A stretch of 64,000 bases of DNA, taken from positions 6,076,001 through 6,140,000 of the forward strand of contig OZ316775.1 in the NCBI GenBank assembly GCA_973851085.1. Direction: 5' to 3'. Positions within the stretch are counted from its first letter, which is position 1. Every line of letters begins with the position of its first letter. The position numbers were made by a program, and so were the translations under genes. Origin of the DNA: Ptychomitrium polyphyllum. Taxonomy: Eukaryota. The notes beneath the pieces are model-generated. The model was not told the origin of the DNA. It worked only from the letters and a program-made list of their open reading frames with translations, and ran no database searches. Of the stretch, positions 1 to 14,300 are shown piece after piece.

Positions 1-2750
1 ATAAATCTTTTATTGTAGCAAATTTAAACATGAAGCTGTAGCTTCATATCATGTTCAAGTTCAAACTCAGGTACCATTTCAGTATGCTATAATTACAATA
101 TGAGAGAACTTTGATCTGCAAACAAATATCAATTGAGTTAATGTTATAGTTGTAGTACCCTCCCTATTTCAGAACTCATATCACTAATAATCATTTTAAA
201 ATATTGAATTATATACATCTTCTTAAATTTATTATTTTTGACATAAAATAATCCAAACTATTTTTAGGTACCCATCAACATTTAGAATTGTAGAGCTATG
301 ATGTGTAAGTCAACTATCCTTAAATTACCACCTCTTTTGTAACTTCATTGAAAATTTTCCTATAGACACCAATTTTGAGATTCAAAATTAGTACAACTTG
401 TAAATATTATTTGCAAGGGAATAATAAACAAATGATACAATTTTTAAACATTGGAGGAAGTAAATGATGGTTTAGGCTCTCATCTTGATTAGAAATTAAT
501 ATTACACAATTTGGATATTTGGAAATATATGTAATAATATTAAACTACAAAGTATTTGTCATTTTCAATACATTTATTAATTATAAAGTTAAAATTAAAG
601 TTGTGACAACCTTATAATCTAATGGATTTTTTTAATACAAAGAAAATACTTTCCAAAAATAAACTTGCTAAAAAAATTTCAAATTGCTAAAGTTAGTGGT
701 TATATGATAGTCAATCTTGGTAATTGATAACATTCAATTTAGAAGTGATACATACCATAGATTCCTTGAACCACCATTTACTTTCATTTGCAACACATAG
801 ATTAATTTCTATTTTATATATATACACACACACAAAAGATTAAACATTTGAACTGCTTGTTGATAATCAATAATTACACATAACTTTAATGCTCTTAAAT
901 TTTGGAAAAGAAAATAATATCTTATTTTTTCATTTAAAGCATGCAACAAATTCACAATTAATCCAATAATAAGGCCTTGGAGTGAAAAATAACATCAAAT
1001 CAACTAATCACGCTATCTCTTTTTGAACTATGCTAGACATTAACTAACTTGTACACAATATGGTTTATTAAATCTAGACTTTTCAATGCAATTTAAATTA
1101 CATACTACCACCTACCCGCCTCCAAATCCTAATCACTGCACCACATGAAGACCTACCATGCTATAATATGTACTTCTTTCCCCACAAATTAATTAATGCA
1201 ACTTTGTAGAAGTTTTGGATATATAGTGCTCACAAGATACTCTTGTCTGTATGACTATGGTATACTGGAAGAAGTTGCTCCCCTTAAATGAAGTCAAGGT
1301 TCCCCTTAAGAGGTGAGGCATGGCAGTACAGTACATTACAAGCTTTGCTTGGAACTTTCAGGAATATTTTACCAGTGACGATATTTGGTGGTCAATCCTT
1401 GGCGAAGCTGAAAAACTGATTTGTTGCTCAAGGCACTCTTGAGCAGTTTTTGATGAAGCATACACCACACATAGGAATTGTCACCATCTGTACCTATATA
1501 TGGTGGCATGTGGTGCACTCTTTTAGACTAATAGGCACGCTTCTTGTGCTTGTACTTCAACAAAACAGTGCTCTTCTTCACATCTGGTGAAGCACTGCTT
1601 TTCACTGATTGCAATCTGCAATTTGGAATCTAAATTGCAACACCAAGTTACAGCCAAAATGCTTACAGTTTTTAACAGGATGTATGCCAATACAAACTAT
1701 ACGCACACAATGATAATGATTGAATAGGCACATAAGAAAAAAAACTAGCTATCACATGGATGCACATGGACGTTTTAGGCAAAGGTTGGTCCACTAAAAA
1801 GGATGGGAAGATACTAAAGTAATGTTTTATGAAAGAGGACCTTTTTCTCAACAAGTTCTTGAATAAAATGATTAGCTAACTAGAAAATTTGAACAATTTA
1901 GTTAACTAAGTTTAATTAACTAGATAATGATTGAGATTTTTTAAACATGGTAAAATTGTCTTTTCTTGTGGATAATAAGAGAAGGTGTAAAGAGGTCCAA
2001 AGGAACTTTGAAGGAAAACATTGGTTCTATGGGGTCTACAAAATATAGATTCTAAGTTGTTTTTATCTACAATCTAGACTTATTTCCAAAGAACATAGGT
2101 TGGAATTGAAGATTGACAAAGGAAGAAAGTTTACATTTGATAAGTTGAAATTACTCTAGTTCATTTTATTTTCAAAAAACATCAAATTGAGATGGAACAA
2201 ATTATAGGATTTGTTTAGCTTAACTTAATGTTCTATGTTATTTAATGTTTGTAGATACAAAATAAAATTTAAGTTTAGAAACTAAAACAAATTGAGAAAA
2301 CTATATTTTATATAAAATTTATATAATTTATATATTGGATTATATAAAATGGTTTAATATGTTTATGTTCAATTAATGAAGGCCACACAATATTAATGGT
2401 TCCAAAATCAAGATTATGTTTGGCAAGATTCATCCACTTGTCTCAAACATACCTTACCACAAGTTGAAGGTAAATTAACTAAAATTTGTAATGTTGAAAA
2501 CTTTGAGAGAAATTATCAAAGAATGTTGAACTTTTGAAAAGAAAATCATACAAAATCAAAAGGATTCTAAGAGGATAGGCAATGATCCTATTTAAACACC
2601 ATGTATGAATTTTTTGAAAAGTTCTTTGAAAGATGTTAAAATGTTGTCAATGTCAAAATTAAATTACTTGGTACAGAAGGGTTGAAGTTGTGGAGGTTAT
2701 GCATTTGTATTCCTTTTCATTATTTCATCTTAAATTTAAAAAAAAATAAA
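1..2750. other. AT-rich intergenic, degenerate repeat DNA
   Basis: CpG-depleted and AT-rich, no credible ORF; one moderate-GC stop-riddled patch at ~1250-1850. Confidence 0.6.
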
Positions 2751-2877
2751 CATGAATAATGGGAACAATGCAAATCATCTTGAATTCCAACACATGCGCA
2801 ACTTACAGTGCAAAGAATTAACTTCCGTTTGTCTGAAAGCTAAAATGAGGAAAAAGAAAAGAAAAAGACTGAGAAAG

Positions 2878-2911
2878 GCTTGGCTGGCTGGGCTGGCTTG
2901 GCTGGCTTGGC
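2878..2911. repeat. Imperfect (TGGC)n microsatellite upstream of the SRF gene
   Basis: ggcttggctggctgggctggcttggctggcttggc is seen directly. Confidence 0.7.
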
Positions 2912-3835
2912 GTAAGAACGGCAGAGAAAACTCTTGTAATACCTGCCTTATAATAGGTGTCCGGGGTGGTGACTGGTCGGGTGTCCCGGAATTCACCATT
3001 GTCTGTTCACACGTGGAATATTCCAATTGGTAAAACTCAGGGTAGGAAAAATTGCGACCAGTTGGCACGCCAAGTGACTCAATCAGTGCTTAACGCTTTA
3101 ATCACCCCAGCTGGATCCAAAGTCAAGCTTAACTTAGCGCAGTCCAGCCTTTGTCCAACCCGGACACGCCGGTGGAAAAACCGCTACCAATAGTCAAGGT
3201 GGTGCAGAGTTTTGTGCGTTTTTGTCGAGTACTGTAGTTTTTCTAGTTTCCTGATTTTGACATGATGGGAGAAACAGTGACTTTTACTCGAGTGTGTGTG
3301 TGCGAGAGTGCATCGGTCGCTGTGCGCTTCTAAAGGTTCTACACTCTAGCGCTACTGTGCTAGATCTGCAGCCCAGGCTGCAGCTCAGAGCTCCTTTCTG
3401 CGTTGGGGGCCTTGGGAAGGGAGTTCGGCCGCGCCTCGAGATCACTGGAGGTGGGTCGCTGCCGGGACTTTGCATGTGTGCAGTGCAGTCTGCGTTGTGA
3501 GTTCTGGTGTGAATTCTGTGGTGCAAGATCTGAGTTTGTTGACAAGATGTCTTGTTAGAATCGGTCACTACAGTAGCTGCTCTTTTGGAGGTATGTCCGA
3601 AGCGGACTTATTTGTGGTGTTTCTAGAGGATTGTGTCTGATCGTGGTTGAGGTGTGTGGGGATTCTTGTGGGCAGCAGGTGCGGGATTGTTTGTGTCTCG
3701 GAGAAGGTGTGAAGACCAAAGGATTTCGAAAGTTGTGAGTGTTAGCTTCACGTTGGTTGGAAGGTGGGGGGCGGGTGGGGGGAACATTGGCTTTGCAAGG
3801 AGCCAATGTGGGCGGGGAAAAGTTCGTGAAGGGAG

Positions 3836-6800
3836 ATGGGCATGGAAACCGCGGCCTGGCGGTCGCCGGAAGCAGCAGGGGTGATCCTGCTCTTCGTGGC
3901 CTTGATCTCGGTGATGAGCTCCGTGAGTGGTCAACAGACTGACCAGAGTGACAGTAAGCTCTTTGTCCCCGCTCTTTTTCTTTTGCCGTTTCCCCGCTTC
4001 TGGTATCAAGTGCTCCAGACCATCTCAGAGAGGCAACGTTTTCGGGGTTGCTCTTCTGCGTGTGTGGCTTTGTGCACTCCGAAATTTGGACTTGAAGGTG
4101 GAGCATATAGATTCTACAGATTTTAGGGTGACAAACGAATGGACACTATAGTCCTGTGCAGCTTTTGTATGTAATGTTGGATGAGAGCAGGAGATCGTGT
4201 GCGGCTAAGAAACCTGCTTTCTCACAGCATGACGCAATGTAGACTTCTGGATTTTGGAGTGCTCAAATTCCTTTCTTCAAGATTCGAGCACTCGAGTATC
4301 TGAGTATCTGACCTTGTCCTGGAAGGGTGCAAAAATGGAAAATACTATGGAGGCGAATTTATGCTAGTTGATATTTCTTTACGATGGCCATAGACGTTTC
4401 ACCACAAGCTTCGAAGATAATGAAACTCACGTGTTAATGTCAAATGTGCTATCCCTAGTACAGAAGCGAATGTGACATGTATGTGTCAATTCCAGAGGAT
4501 TGGGTCTGCCTTCGGTGGCTGAAATGTTTTGCAATTGTGTGGTTGGGGTGCAGTTCAAGGCTTGATTCCTATGTACAATGACCTCGGTCAAAACCCAAAG
4601 CTTACGGGATGGACTAGTGACTATGGCAATGCCAATCCATGTGGGAACAATAATTGGCTTGGCATTGTTTGCACAGGCTCATCTGTTACAGAAATGTAAG
4701 GATTTTATTGAATCTTCAACATGAAATCCATGATATCATACTGAGAGAAGTTTACATTTATTAGCAGCTAGTAAATATTATGAAGTGGTGATTTGAATTG
4801 TAGGAGGTAATTTCGTGTATCGGCTAAGTTGGTATGTATAATTATCACTTAGGAAAACTAGGGTACAGTTGCCAAAACATAGGCTGGGTTTATTGACTCG
4901 TGTGTAACTATTGCTGTGCAGTCGGCTAGGAGGTCAGAACTTGAATGGAAAATTGCAAGGGTGGTATCTATCACAAAATTTGAAGAATCTTCGCATTCTG
5001 TAAGTATCTCCACAGCATCCATTTCGAGTACTATGAGGTGATTGCAACTGCTACGACTTGGATTTCTTCACCGCCTCATGGGTGCATAAGAGCAAAGTAC
5101 ATGAAATCTAAACTATTCGTTACCTTTCTTTACGTTTTGTATGCAGTGACTTGAGTGGCAACAACCTTACAGGAGATATGGTTCAACAATTCCCTCCCAC
5201 TCTTACTCAAATGTATGCTTCACTGCACCTAATTCACTGTAATCCATGGCTCCGGACCACTATTAGAGGTTTTATTTATCTGAGGGATTCCTTACATAGT
5301 ATTTTCCTGTTTTGTGGTGCTCCAGAGGTTGAAATTATTCAAGTTGAATTCTTTAGTTTTTCTTCTGCTGTGAAATTTCCTTGCTTACACAGTGATGCGT
5401 GATTGCTCCCAGGATCATGAACAACAATCAATTTACCGGAAGCCTTCCGCAGTTTGATAATTTGGGAGCCTTGACAATCATGTAAACTTTATACTTCTCC
5501 ATCCGTTCAAGCCGTGGGGCCAATCTTTATTTTCTACGTCAATTTTCTCTTGAAAACTGTGCTATGAAAGGCCTTGTAGTGATCTTGACAAGTAAGGACG
5601 TTGATGCTAATACGTTCGATTTGGCTACAGAAACCTGAGTAACAACAAGTTGACTGGCAACCTGAACCTTCAGATCTTCACCGTGCTAATTAATTTGGTC
5701 ACTCTGTAAGTTCTTTCAGAATGGACCTCTATATTACGTAAAATAGAAACCATATGCATGGTGATTGCACATTGTTTATCATTCCTATCTGTGGTTATAA
5801 CTCTGTGACGTATGTGTTGTCTGTTCACAGCGATGTTTCTAACAATCAAATTCAAGGCAGTCTTCCTGACAGCGTGAAGAACATGAAGAGTCTGCAAACT
5901 ATGTAAGCTCCTTCTTCCTTCATAAGTTATGTTTGAGTAAGGGATTTGAAGGGTCTGACTCAGAACTGTAAGATTCTCAAGTTCTGCATTTATAGTAGGA
6001 CGGTAGAAGGGGGAAATGCTAATCTTGAGCGGCAAATGGTGGTTTGATAGGAATCTGCAGAACAATCAGTTGAGTGGTCAACTTCCAGGAACTCTGGCTC
6101 AGTTGACTGGTTTGCAGACTTTGTAAGTCATGTCTTTTCCCGTATGCATTAAGTTGCGCTACAAATCTATCCTGTCGCTGCTCTTCAGGGTCTGTTTGAT
6201 TCATTTCGTGTCGAATCATTTGCTAAGTGTCGCCGTTTTCTTCCTTGAAACAGCAACATCGAGAACAACAAATTTACGGGTTTTCTTCCAACTGGGTTCG
6301 ACCCTCCAACTTACAAGTAAATCTCTGAATAATACTGCTATTTGAATTAGTCTATTCTAATTTGGAACTCAATTATTTGACTTCTAGAGGTCATTTATCT
6401 CAGTGCAAGTGAAAGGAATTGATGCTTCTGTAATTTCTGTGCTTTTCCTCATTCCTAAAATTATAGTCGTGTTCGTGTTTCATTATGCTGACTCGGAGTC
6501 TTTTCATCTACTACAGGATTGGAGGAAATCAGCTGAACCTGAATGCCCCACCTCCACCACCGGGCACCCCTGCCCTTACTCCAACAACTCCCTCCGGATC
6601 AGGAAATGGATCCTCTTCCAGCTCCTCAGGATTTCCAACGGCAGCAATCATCGGAATAGCTGTGGGTGGTATTGTTCTCCTTGCAGTCCTAGCACTTGTT
6701 CTCTGGTTTTGTTGTAAGAAAAAGCGCTCCGGGAAAGCATTGGGTGACCCAGAAGCCAATCGTAGCAGCAGCCGAAGGACATGGTTCACTCCTCTCATTG

Positions 6801-8946
6801 TCGGAAAAGGTCAGAAATCATAACACCAAATCTGCCAGTATGCAAAAACATTAGTTTTTATCCAGTAATACCGTATAAAGTTGAAAACCAATCTTTCGGC
6901 TTATAGCTAACTACTTTTTTGTGTGACTGACTGATTGACTCAGATAAATCCCCGAAGCACAGAGTGTTTGAACCAGGTATATGAATCTTCTTGAGAAAAC
7001 AATGAAGCTCCTTTTGTAGGCCTCCTTTTCGTTTATCTTTATTGCATTTTAAAGTCTCTTAACTTAATTTTTTACCCTGGGTTGGTTGCTCCTGAAGTTG
7101 CTCTGGAAAAGGGACCGATTTTTCAAGAACCAAAAGTGAAAGCATCCCCACCAGTGAAGACCCTTAAGGCTCCTCCATCATTTAAAGGCATCAGCGGCAC
7201 TACTTACCCCAAAGTATCAGGAACAGTAAACAAGAGCAACATTGCAGCTACAGCTTTTTCAGTTGCAGATCTCCAAGCAGCCACCAACAGCTTCTCCCAG
7301 GACAACTTAATTGGAGAAGGAGGCTTGGGACGTGTATACCGTGCCGAGTTTCCTAACGGCCAGGTTCTTGCTGTGAAGAAGATCGACAGCAATGCTTCCA
7401 TGGTGCAGAATGAAGATGATTTCTTGAGTGTGGTGGAAGGATTGTCCCGTCTGCAGCATACTAACTGTGCAGAGCTTGTGGGCTACTGTGTTGAGCACGA
7501 CCAGAGGCTGTTGGTATATCAGTACATTAGCCGTGGCACTTTGAATGAACTGCTCCATTTCTCGGGTGAAAACACGAAGGGTCTATCGTGGAATGTGCGT
7601 ATCAAGATTGCTTTGGGATCAGCTCGCGCTCTTGAGTAAGCTTAATATTTCCCCTGCTATGAATCTTTCCTTGAGTAAGCTCAATATACATTTCCCCTGC
7701 TATGTGTCCCGAGATCTTAGCCAACTTTCTAGTGCAAAGTCAGGCATGAGTGCTCTGAAATGAAACAAAAGCATGCGTTTATGTTTCATCAAATGATTTC
7801 TAATCATGGTGAGATATTTCTGGTTTTTTTTTGTTGTGATCAGGTATTTGCATGAAGTTTGTGCTCCAGCTGTGGTTCATCGTAACTTCAAATCTGCCAA
7901 TATCTTGCTTGACGATGAGCTCAACCCCCATATTTCCGATTGTGGTCTAGCCAATCTTGCACCATCTGGTTCTGAGCGCCAGGTTTGTACCTCAAAACTG
8001 GCACCACTAAATCACTCTCTGCAGTATTTACTTTCTGGAAAGTAATAATTTGGTAATTTTGAAACAAATCTACCTGACATGTACACTGATTACATATGGT
8101 CATGACTGCGGGATTCGTACCTTAATTTGTAGTTTTTAAAATATTTTGGCAGGTATCGGCACAGATGCTGGGCTCTTTCGGTTACAGTGCTCCTGAGTAC
8201 GCCATGTCTGGGACCTACACTGTGAAGAGCGACGTGTACAGCTTTGGTGTTGTGATGCTGGAACTTCTCACTGGGCGCAAGCCGCTGGACAGGTGCGGGC
8301 GCTCAACCACTTCTTCCATGACCACTTTAAACAAAAGCCACTTTTGACCCCTTAAACTCTCCAGTTACTTTTTCTTTATTAGAGTTTCTCAATTCCAATG
8401 TCTTGTAAAACTTGGACATTGCAGTACAAGGCCAAGGTCAGAGCAATCTTTGGTACGATGGGCAACACCCCAACTGCACGACATCGACGCACTCGCAAGA
8501 ATGGTGGATCCAGCATTGAAGGGCATCTACCCTGCCAAGTCACTTTCCCGGTTCGCTGACATTGTTGCCCTATGTGTTCAGGTATGCTCATCGCATTCAT
8601 TAAATCAGCACAACTGACTGAAAATAGAGTCTGAATGCCGTTTACTTAGCACCTCTTGATTATGTGCTTTTGTAACATGGAGAATCTTGCTCAAAATCTT
8701 TGTATCTTCACTGTGGTTTTATTATATCTTCATTTTTATTACAGACAAAATATTACTTTGATTCCAACTAAAACAATTGCAATGAGATTTTTATGGTGGT
8801 GTGTACAGCCCGAGCCCGAGTTCCGGCCCCCGATGTCAGAAGTGGTGCAGGCACTGGTGAGGCTGATGCAGCGTGCAAGTTTGAGTAAACGCCGATCCGA
8901 GTCAGCAGCTGGAATGGAAGTGAACGAACCATCTGATTCACTTTGA
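3836..8946 (+). CDS. SRF: STRUBBELIG-receptor family (LRR-V) leucine-rich-repeat receptor-like kinase, multi-exon
   Basis: Signal peptide exon 3836-3953 (MGMETAAW...[15 protein letters not shown]). LRRNT exon 4554-4695 ([32 protein letters not shown]). A run of ~65-80 nt single-LRR exons from 4922 to 6316. Pro-rich linker plus TM ([23 protein letters not shown]) at ~6517-6809. A 33-nt exon 6944-6976. Kinase exons 7098-7635, ~7843-7982, ~8153-8292, ~8426-8581 and 8809-8946 carrying [33 protein letters not shown] and [19 protein letters not shown], typical of SRF kinases. Confidence 0.95.
7631..7704 (+). repeat. Tandem duplication spanning an SRF 5' splice site
   Basis: cttgagtaagcttaatatttcccctgctatg (7631-7661) recurs as cttgagtaagctcaatatacatttcccctgctatg (7670-7704). 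Confidence 0.85.
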
Positions 8947-11306
8947 GACCAATTGGTTGAAGTTTCCCTGCAGTTGCATTCAACTACTGTTTGATCAAGC
9001 AAATGAATCAAACGGTTTAATCATGATCTGGAGTGCGTTTGGACCATCACTTGAAGAAGATTGAAGGTTTTTCTGTGCTGGAGGCAACTGCAAGCATTAC
9101 TTCGTGGCTATCGGAGCACAGCGGTTTCAATCTTCAAGTAGGATGAGTTCCTCTGTAACAGACACTATTTTTGTTCTAGCATGAACCTATCAACCTGGGG
9201 ATGAGGTGCTTGGAAGCATAAACATGTTCTACTGTCTCTGGATTATTGCGTTCTGAACGCTTGATAGAGACTGCTTAGTTTTATTGTTGTGTAAATGTAG
9301 ATAAATGTTGCTGGTAGTTTCCATGCACAGCCTAACTCATTCTTTTAGGAAGTTTTAGTATTGTTCTGACCGTTCTCGTGTATTTGGGATCGTTTTGACA
9401 TGTTTTAGCACTAACAGCATCAGTGAGCCAAGTTCTATCAGCTTGATGCATGCTTTGAGTGCCCACACTGCTGGTAGGTAGTTGGGTCTTCCATGTACAT
9501 TGCATTTGCTGCATGTAACAGTGAAACTGAATCACTAATATTCTTCTTTACCTGCATCCACGGTCGTCAGGACGCTACATACTGATTGGTTTTCACATGA
9601 TTTTATACAACGTTGGTACAGAAACGACAGAGTTTGTAGAGAATCAGTTGTAGAATTATTGTGGATTTCCCAATGGACAGGGGATATTTGAAACTATATG
9701 GAAATTCTATATCTCATATGGATTGCATAGTTTATATGATTTCCACATGGATTTGATGAAGGTCTGATAGTGCATTATTTGTCTTCAACTTGCATTGGGA
9801 TTATTCTTGTATATACATAGCTATATTAGATTGTTCTTTACTCGTTTTTGTTATTCTATGTTGTTTTTTTTCTTAGTATTATATTAACATATTTTTGATG
9901 AATTTGAGACAAAGAACTTCTTAGTATTTTTGTATGTGAATATAGTACATTTATCATTAATACATACAAGTTGAGTAAGTCATGTTGAAAGCAAAAAAAA
10001 TTGGCAAGCAATTTGATACTCATACATAAATAAAATACAGAATAGAAAAGCGCTTATATACATTAAATCTTTCTGAGGAATTTTTGAAAAGTTGAAATAT
10101 ATAAATATAAACAATAAATATAAAACATAAATATAAATAATTGTAATTTTGAATGATTGATTTTTTAAATTACATGATTTTAACTTATTTACAAAATTTG
10201 TCCGCAACTAAATAGTGATTGGGCTTAAATATCATACTATAACACTGATGTAATTCTTTTTAAATTGTTTGTTCATTTAGGTTTATTTGCATTATATATC
10301 ACATTGTAAATGCTACCACATATTGTGTTATTTATGAAAGTAATAAACCTTAAGATTCGTATTTGTAATTTAAATTTTTTTCAAAATAATATATAGTAAT
10401 ATACTTATTGTTGAAATTTTGAATTTAGAAAATGTACTTATTGTACATAGATTTATAAATCAAATTTTAAATTTGATATATAACAAAAACTTAAATAATT
10501 TTAAACTTTTACTATTGCTTTTAAAATTAAAATTTTATAAGAAACAAACTTCTTTCTTCAATATAAATTCAAAACCCTACAGAATTAAAATTGATATATT
10601 TGAGAAGTAAATTATAAGTTTTAATCTTCTTTAAAATATTCAATTTATTTCTGACATAACGAGGAAATTGAAGGTAGACAATACATACTTCTTAAACATA
10701 ATTTACTTTCATTTATGATATTATGAAGTGCCATTAAGGAATTTTCAAGAGACTCCCTTAAGTTTTAAGAACATTCATTGTTGTTAAGTAGATGTTTGAC
10801 ATTTTATTTTTAAAGAAAAGTGTGCAACAAAAATCTATGATGCAGGAGATGATGCCTTTCTGTGTAAAAATATATGTTAACATAGAAATCTGCTAAACAA
10901 TAGGTTGGAAAAATACCTTGAGGTTAAGCGCTTCCAGGTGACTCACATAATTTTTATGAAGTGACATTCACCATCACTTGACAGAATCACTTAACACAGA
11001 CTTGCAAGTTACAATCACATGACACAAATCCCAAAAGTTGCTCTTAAAATAAAGAGAGATGTCCAAACCGTGCAGCATTCGTAACCAAAAACAAGAAATA
11101 TGCAAAGTTTTCTGCAAACTGCATCACCGCCTGTGGTTTCCTACCTCATTTCTACAGATAAATGCTTTCCCGCAGGTTACAAAGTCGTGGCGACAAAGCT
11201 CCACACTTTCTACCTCTCGACGCTGTAATCACTTCCAAGAGAATAATGTCCCACTAATTTCTCTGAATGACAATAACAAATTCCCTTTGATAACCTTCAA
11301 CTACCT

Positions 11307-14300
11307 TCAAATTTCAAACTGTATTGGGTCTCCAGTTACCTTTTCAGCGGCCTCAAGCTTTTGTACTAACACAGAAAATTTGGGAGAACGAGACGCCTTT
11401 GTTGCTGATAGTCCTTCCTTTTGGAAAATTGGCTGTACTTCGAGCTTTCCAGCACCTGATGGTTGAAGAGTGGAAGACTTGGGCAAACGTGACCTCTTTG
11501 TTGATGACGATCCTTGCTTTGGAGGTTTTGGCTGTTCTTCAAGCTCGTCGGCATTTGCTGATTGAACAGTGGGAGAATTGGGGGAACGTGACTTCTTTGT
11601 TGCCGATCGTGCTGCCTTTGAAGTTCTTGAGTTTTCTTCAGGGTTTACAACCTCTGGAGTTTGGACAGTGAAAGACTTGAGGGAGGAACTGGCTGAGGAT
11701 TCAGGGGTAGACTTGCGTGACTTGCGTGACTTCTGTGGTTTAGAGGATTGGACTTCATGAGAGATAGATATGTCCTTGTGTTCTGAATTAAACACGGCCT
11801 GTTCCTGGATCTCACTTACAGATGATTCCAGTACGCTACTGGAATCAACCACCAAGTCATCTGATTTTGTTTTACTAGGAGCAGCTCGTGTTAAACACAT
11901 CCACTCCCTAGGTGTCAATATGTCATCAACCTTACCACTCTTTGGAACGTGCCATGATCCTTTTTCAGATTCCTGAATCATGCGATTTCACACACCATGT
12001 CAGAAGATTGCACTCTCTATAACGTTAAATTGGAAAATGACGTGGACTTCCTAGCATTGCACCTGGACAATGCCTAGAGCATGGAAATAAAGCTGAATCA
12101 CGTGTGGTTGACTACATAGCACCTCAGCATGCTGAATCAAGGCTAGCCTAGATAGAGTATGTTGCCAAAGCAAGGAAGCGGATAAGCCTTGCACCTGAAT
12201 CACAGTAGAATAAGGCGGGGGCATATGGAAAGTAAGACCCTGCTTGGTGACCGTATATCGGACCTGCAAAACCGTTAAAGTAAACCAATGTCAGTTCATG
12301 TTTGTTAACTCATCGTCCAACAAGGAGCACAGAACAACTATACAAAAGAGAGTTGCAGCATTGGAGCTAGTATAGCGAGAGATCACAACATCAACTGAGG
12401 CAAAACTTTGTACCTGATGGCGCTCTTTCCATTTTGGAAAAAAATCATCCCCTAGCAGCGAAAATAAGTGGTCTCGCATTTCATCGTTGGTCACTAGCAA
12501 GCACCTATACCGTACTGCTGCATACAGCCAATACCTGCAGCATTCCAAAATAGAGATTGACGATGACAGAACCAAATATGAAAAAACCGATAATATTTGA
12601 CATGTTACCTGGAAGTGTAACAGCCAGACTAAATGTTCAGGAATCCCTGAAAGAGTATATTGTATCTGTTAACTAGCAAAAGAATATGCAGTGACGTTTG
12701 CACATACCAGTCATCGTTTGACCCAGTCGGTGTGGTGTAAATAGAATTTTCATTTATCCAATTATTGATAATTTTTGTAGCGAACGAAGATGTCGCTGGT
12801 CCTCCTTTGATTCGTCTATGATGTAGCAAAATAAGTGGTTCTTTTTTTATGCCTAACTTCTTCTGGATCCCAGTCGCCACGTTGTTCAGCTGCAATCGGT
12901 CAGTTAAAGTATGCGTGCTTAGATTATATGTTACTAACAGGGAAAATTACAAACTTTGATGTACAAAAAAGAACTTGAAGACGCACATAATTGACCCAAA
13001 TAGTTGACCAATAATTCAAGTCTTCCAGACAAACTGCACGTCAGGTATAAATTTACCTGGTAGAAATTGAAGCCGCCGCCAGTGGGAGAGTTTGAATTGT
13101 AAAGACCCACGTTAGCTCCATCTACAATAGCATCGAATGGTCCATGAGCATCAAGCCATTCCTGCAGGAAAAGTTATATTCAGCATCCAACATAAGGCTC
13201 TAAGATCTCCGTGCAGAAAACCATATCCAGTCACAAAGTTCACATTTGACAGATTTGAGATACACTAAGATCTGAAACTCTTACTTGGAACTTCTTGAAC
13301 TCATTATTTCTGGCCTCCCGCTGACAGGCCAGCTTTGACAAAGACTGCGCAAATATTTCCGTCTCTTTTGGATCAAGATCAATTGTGACCAATTGCTCCC
13401 CACATTCTTGGCAAACACCACGTCCATCGACAACGCTAGATTTTAGTTCCCAAGAGCCCTTCCCCAGCCACCCCAACCCATGCCAGCCACCTCCACAACT
13501 TTCAGTGGCTGCTCTCACGGTCTCTAGGCTTGGCAAAGTTTCCCAGTTCGACTTTCCAGCACTTGCAGCAGCACTGCTAGTAAACCACTGCTGAATCACT
13601 TCTACAACTGATGGGGAAACATCCCTCACTGCTGTCCGAAACCGATGCAGGAGAGAGTAAACTTTGTTTTCAAGCCCAGCATCTACACTTAGCTTTAACA
13701 ATGCTTCCAGTTCACTTTCTTCAAGAGTGACACCGGCTTCCTTCATGTGTTCGTCCACTTCAAAGGCCTTAGTCACATTCTTCAATTTGCAATAGGTATA
13801 CAGAGCTGGAGCATATGACCTTAGTCTGCAGCAATGAAGAAAGTATTAATGGTCACAAGACCTTGATCGCCTGTAGTGCACAAATATACAATAGGAGCCA
13901 CACTTAAATAGACTAGCCTTGCGAATGGATTCCAGCAACTATTTCTTCAATGGGAACGGACCTGAAAAAACTGAAGTACTAATAAACACATAGTCAGAAA
14001 TGATACAATAAGGTGCTCGCAAGATGTACTTCTCTTAAGTATCACACTACGTAGCTCCTCACAAGTTAACATTGCGTACAATAGAAGTCATAATCAGGTA
14101 GAAATTGCTTGTCAATTCAGGTACACAACACTTACCTAGGGGATAACTTCGCCTCTGCCATCTGCTTAACCATGTCAAAGGCAAGATCCCCATCTTCCTT
14201 GGCCACAGCAAGCCGAGCTACCGCAGTGAACGTGGCTTCGTTCGGCATTACGCCTTGTGATTTCATCGCTTCATAAATTTCAAACCCTCGTTTCATGTAC

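Noticed and set aside
3284..4151. Several overlapping ORFs (up to 183 aa) on both strands
   Set aside because: They lie in the GT-skewed 5' leader and first exon/intron of the SRF gene; products are low-complexity strand-skew artefacts.
11059..11976. Plus-strand ORFs of 60-135 aa
   Set aside because: Antisense shadows of the PRORP last exon and its 3' UTR.
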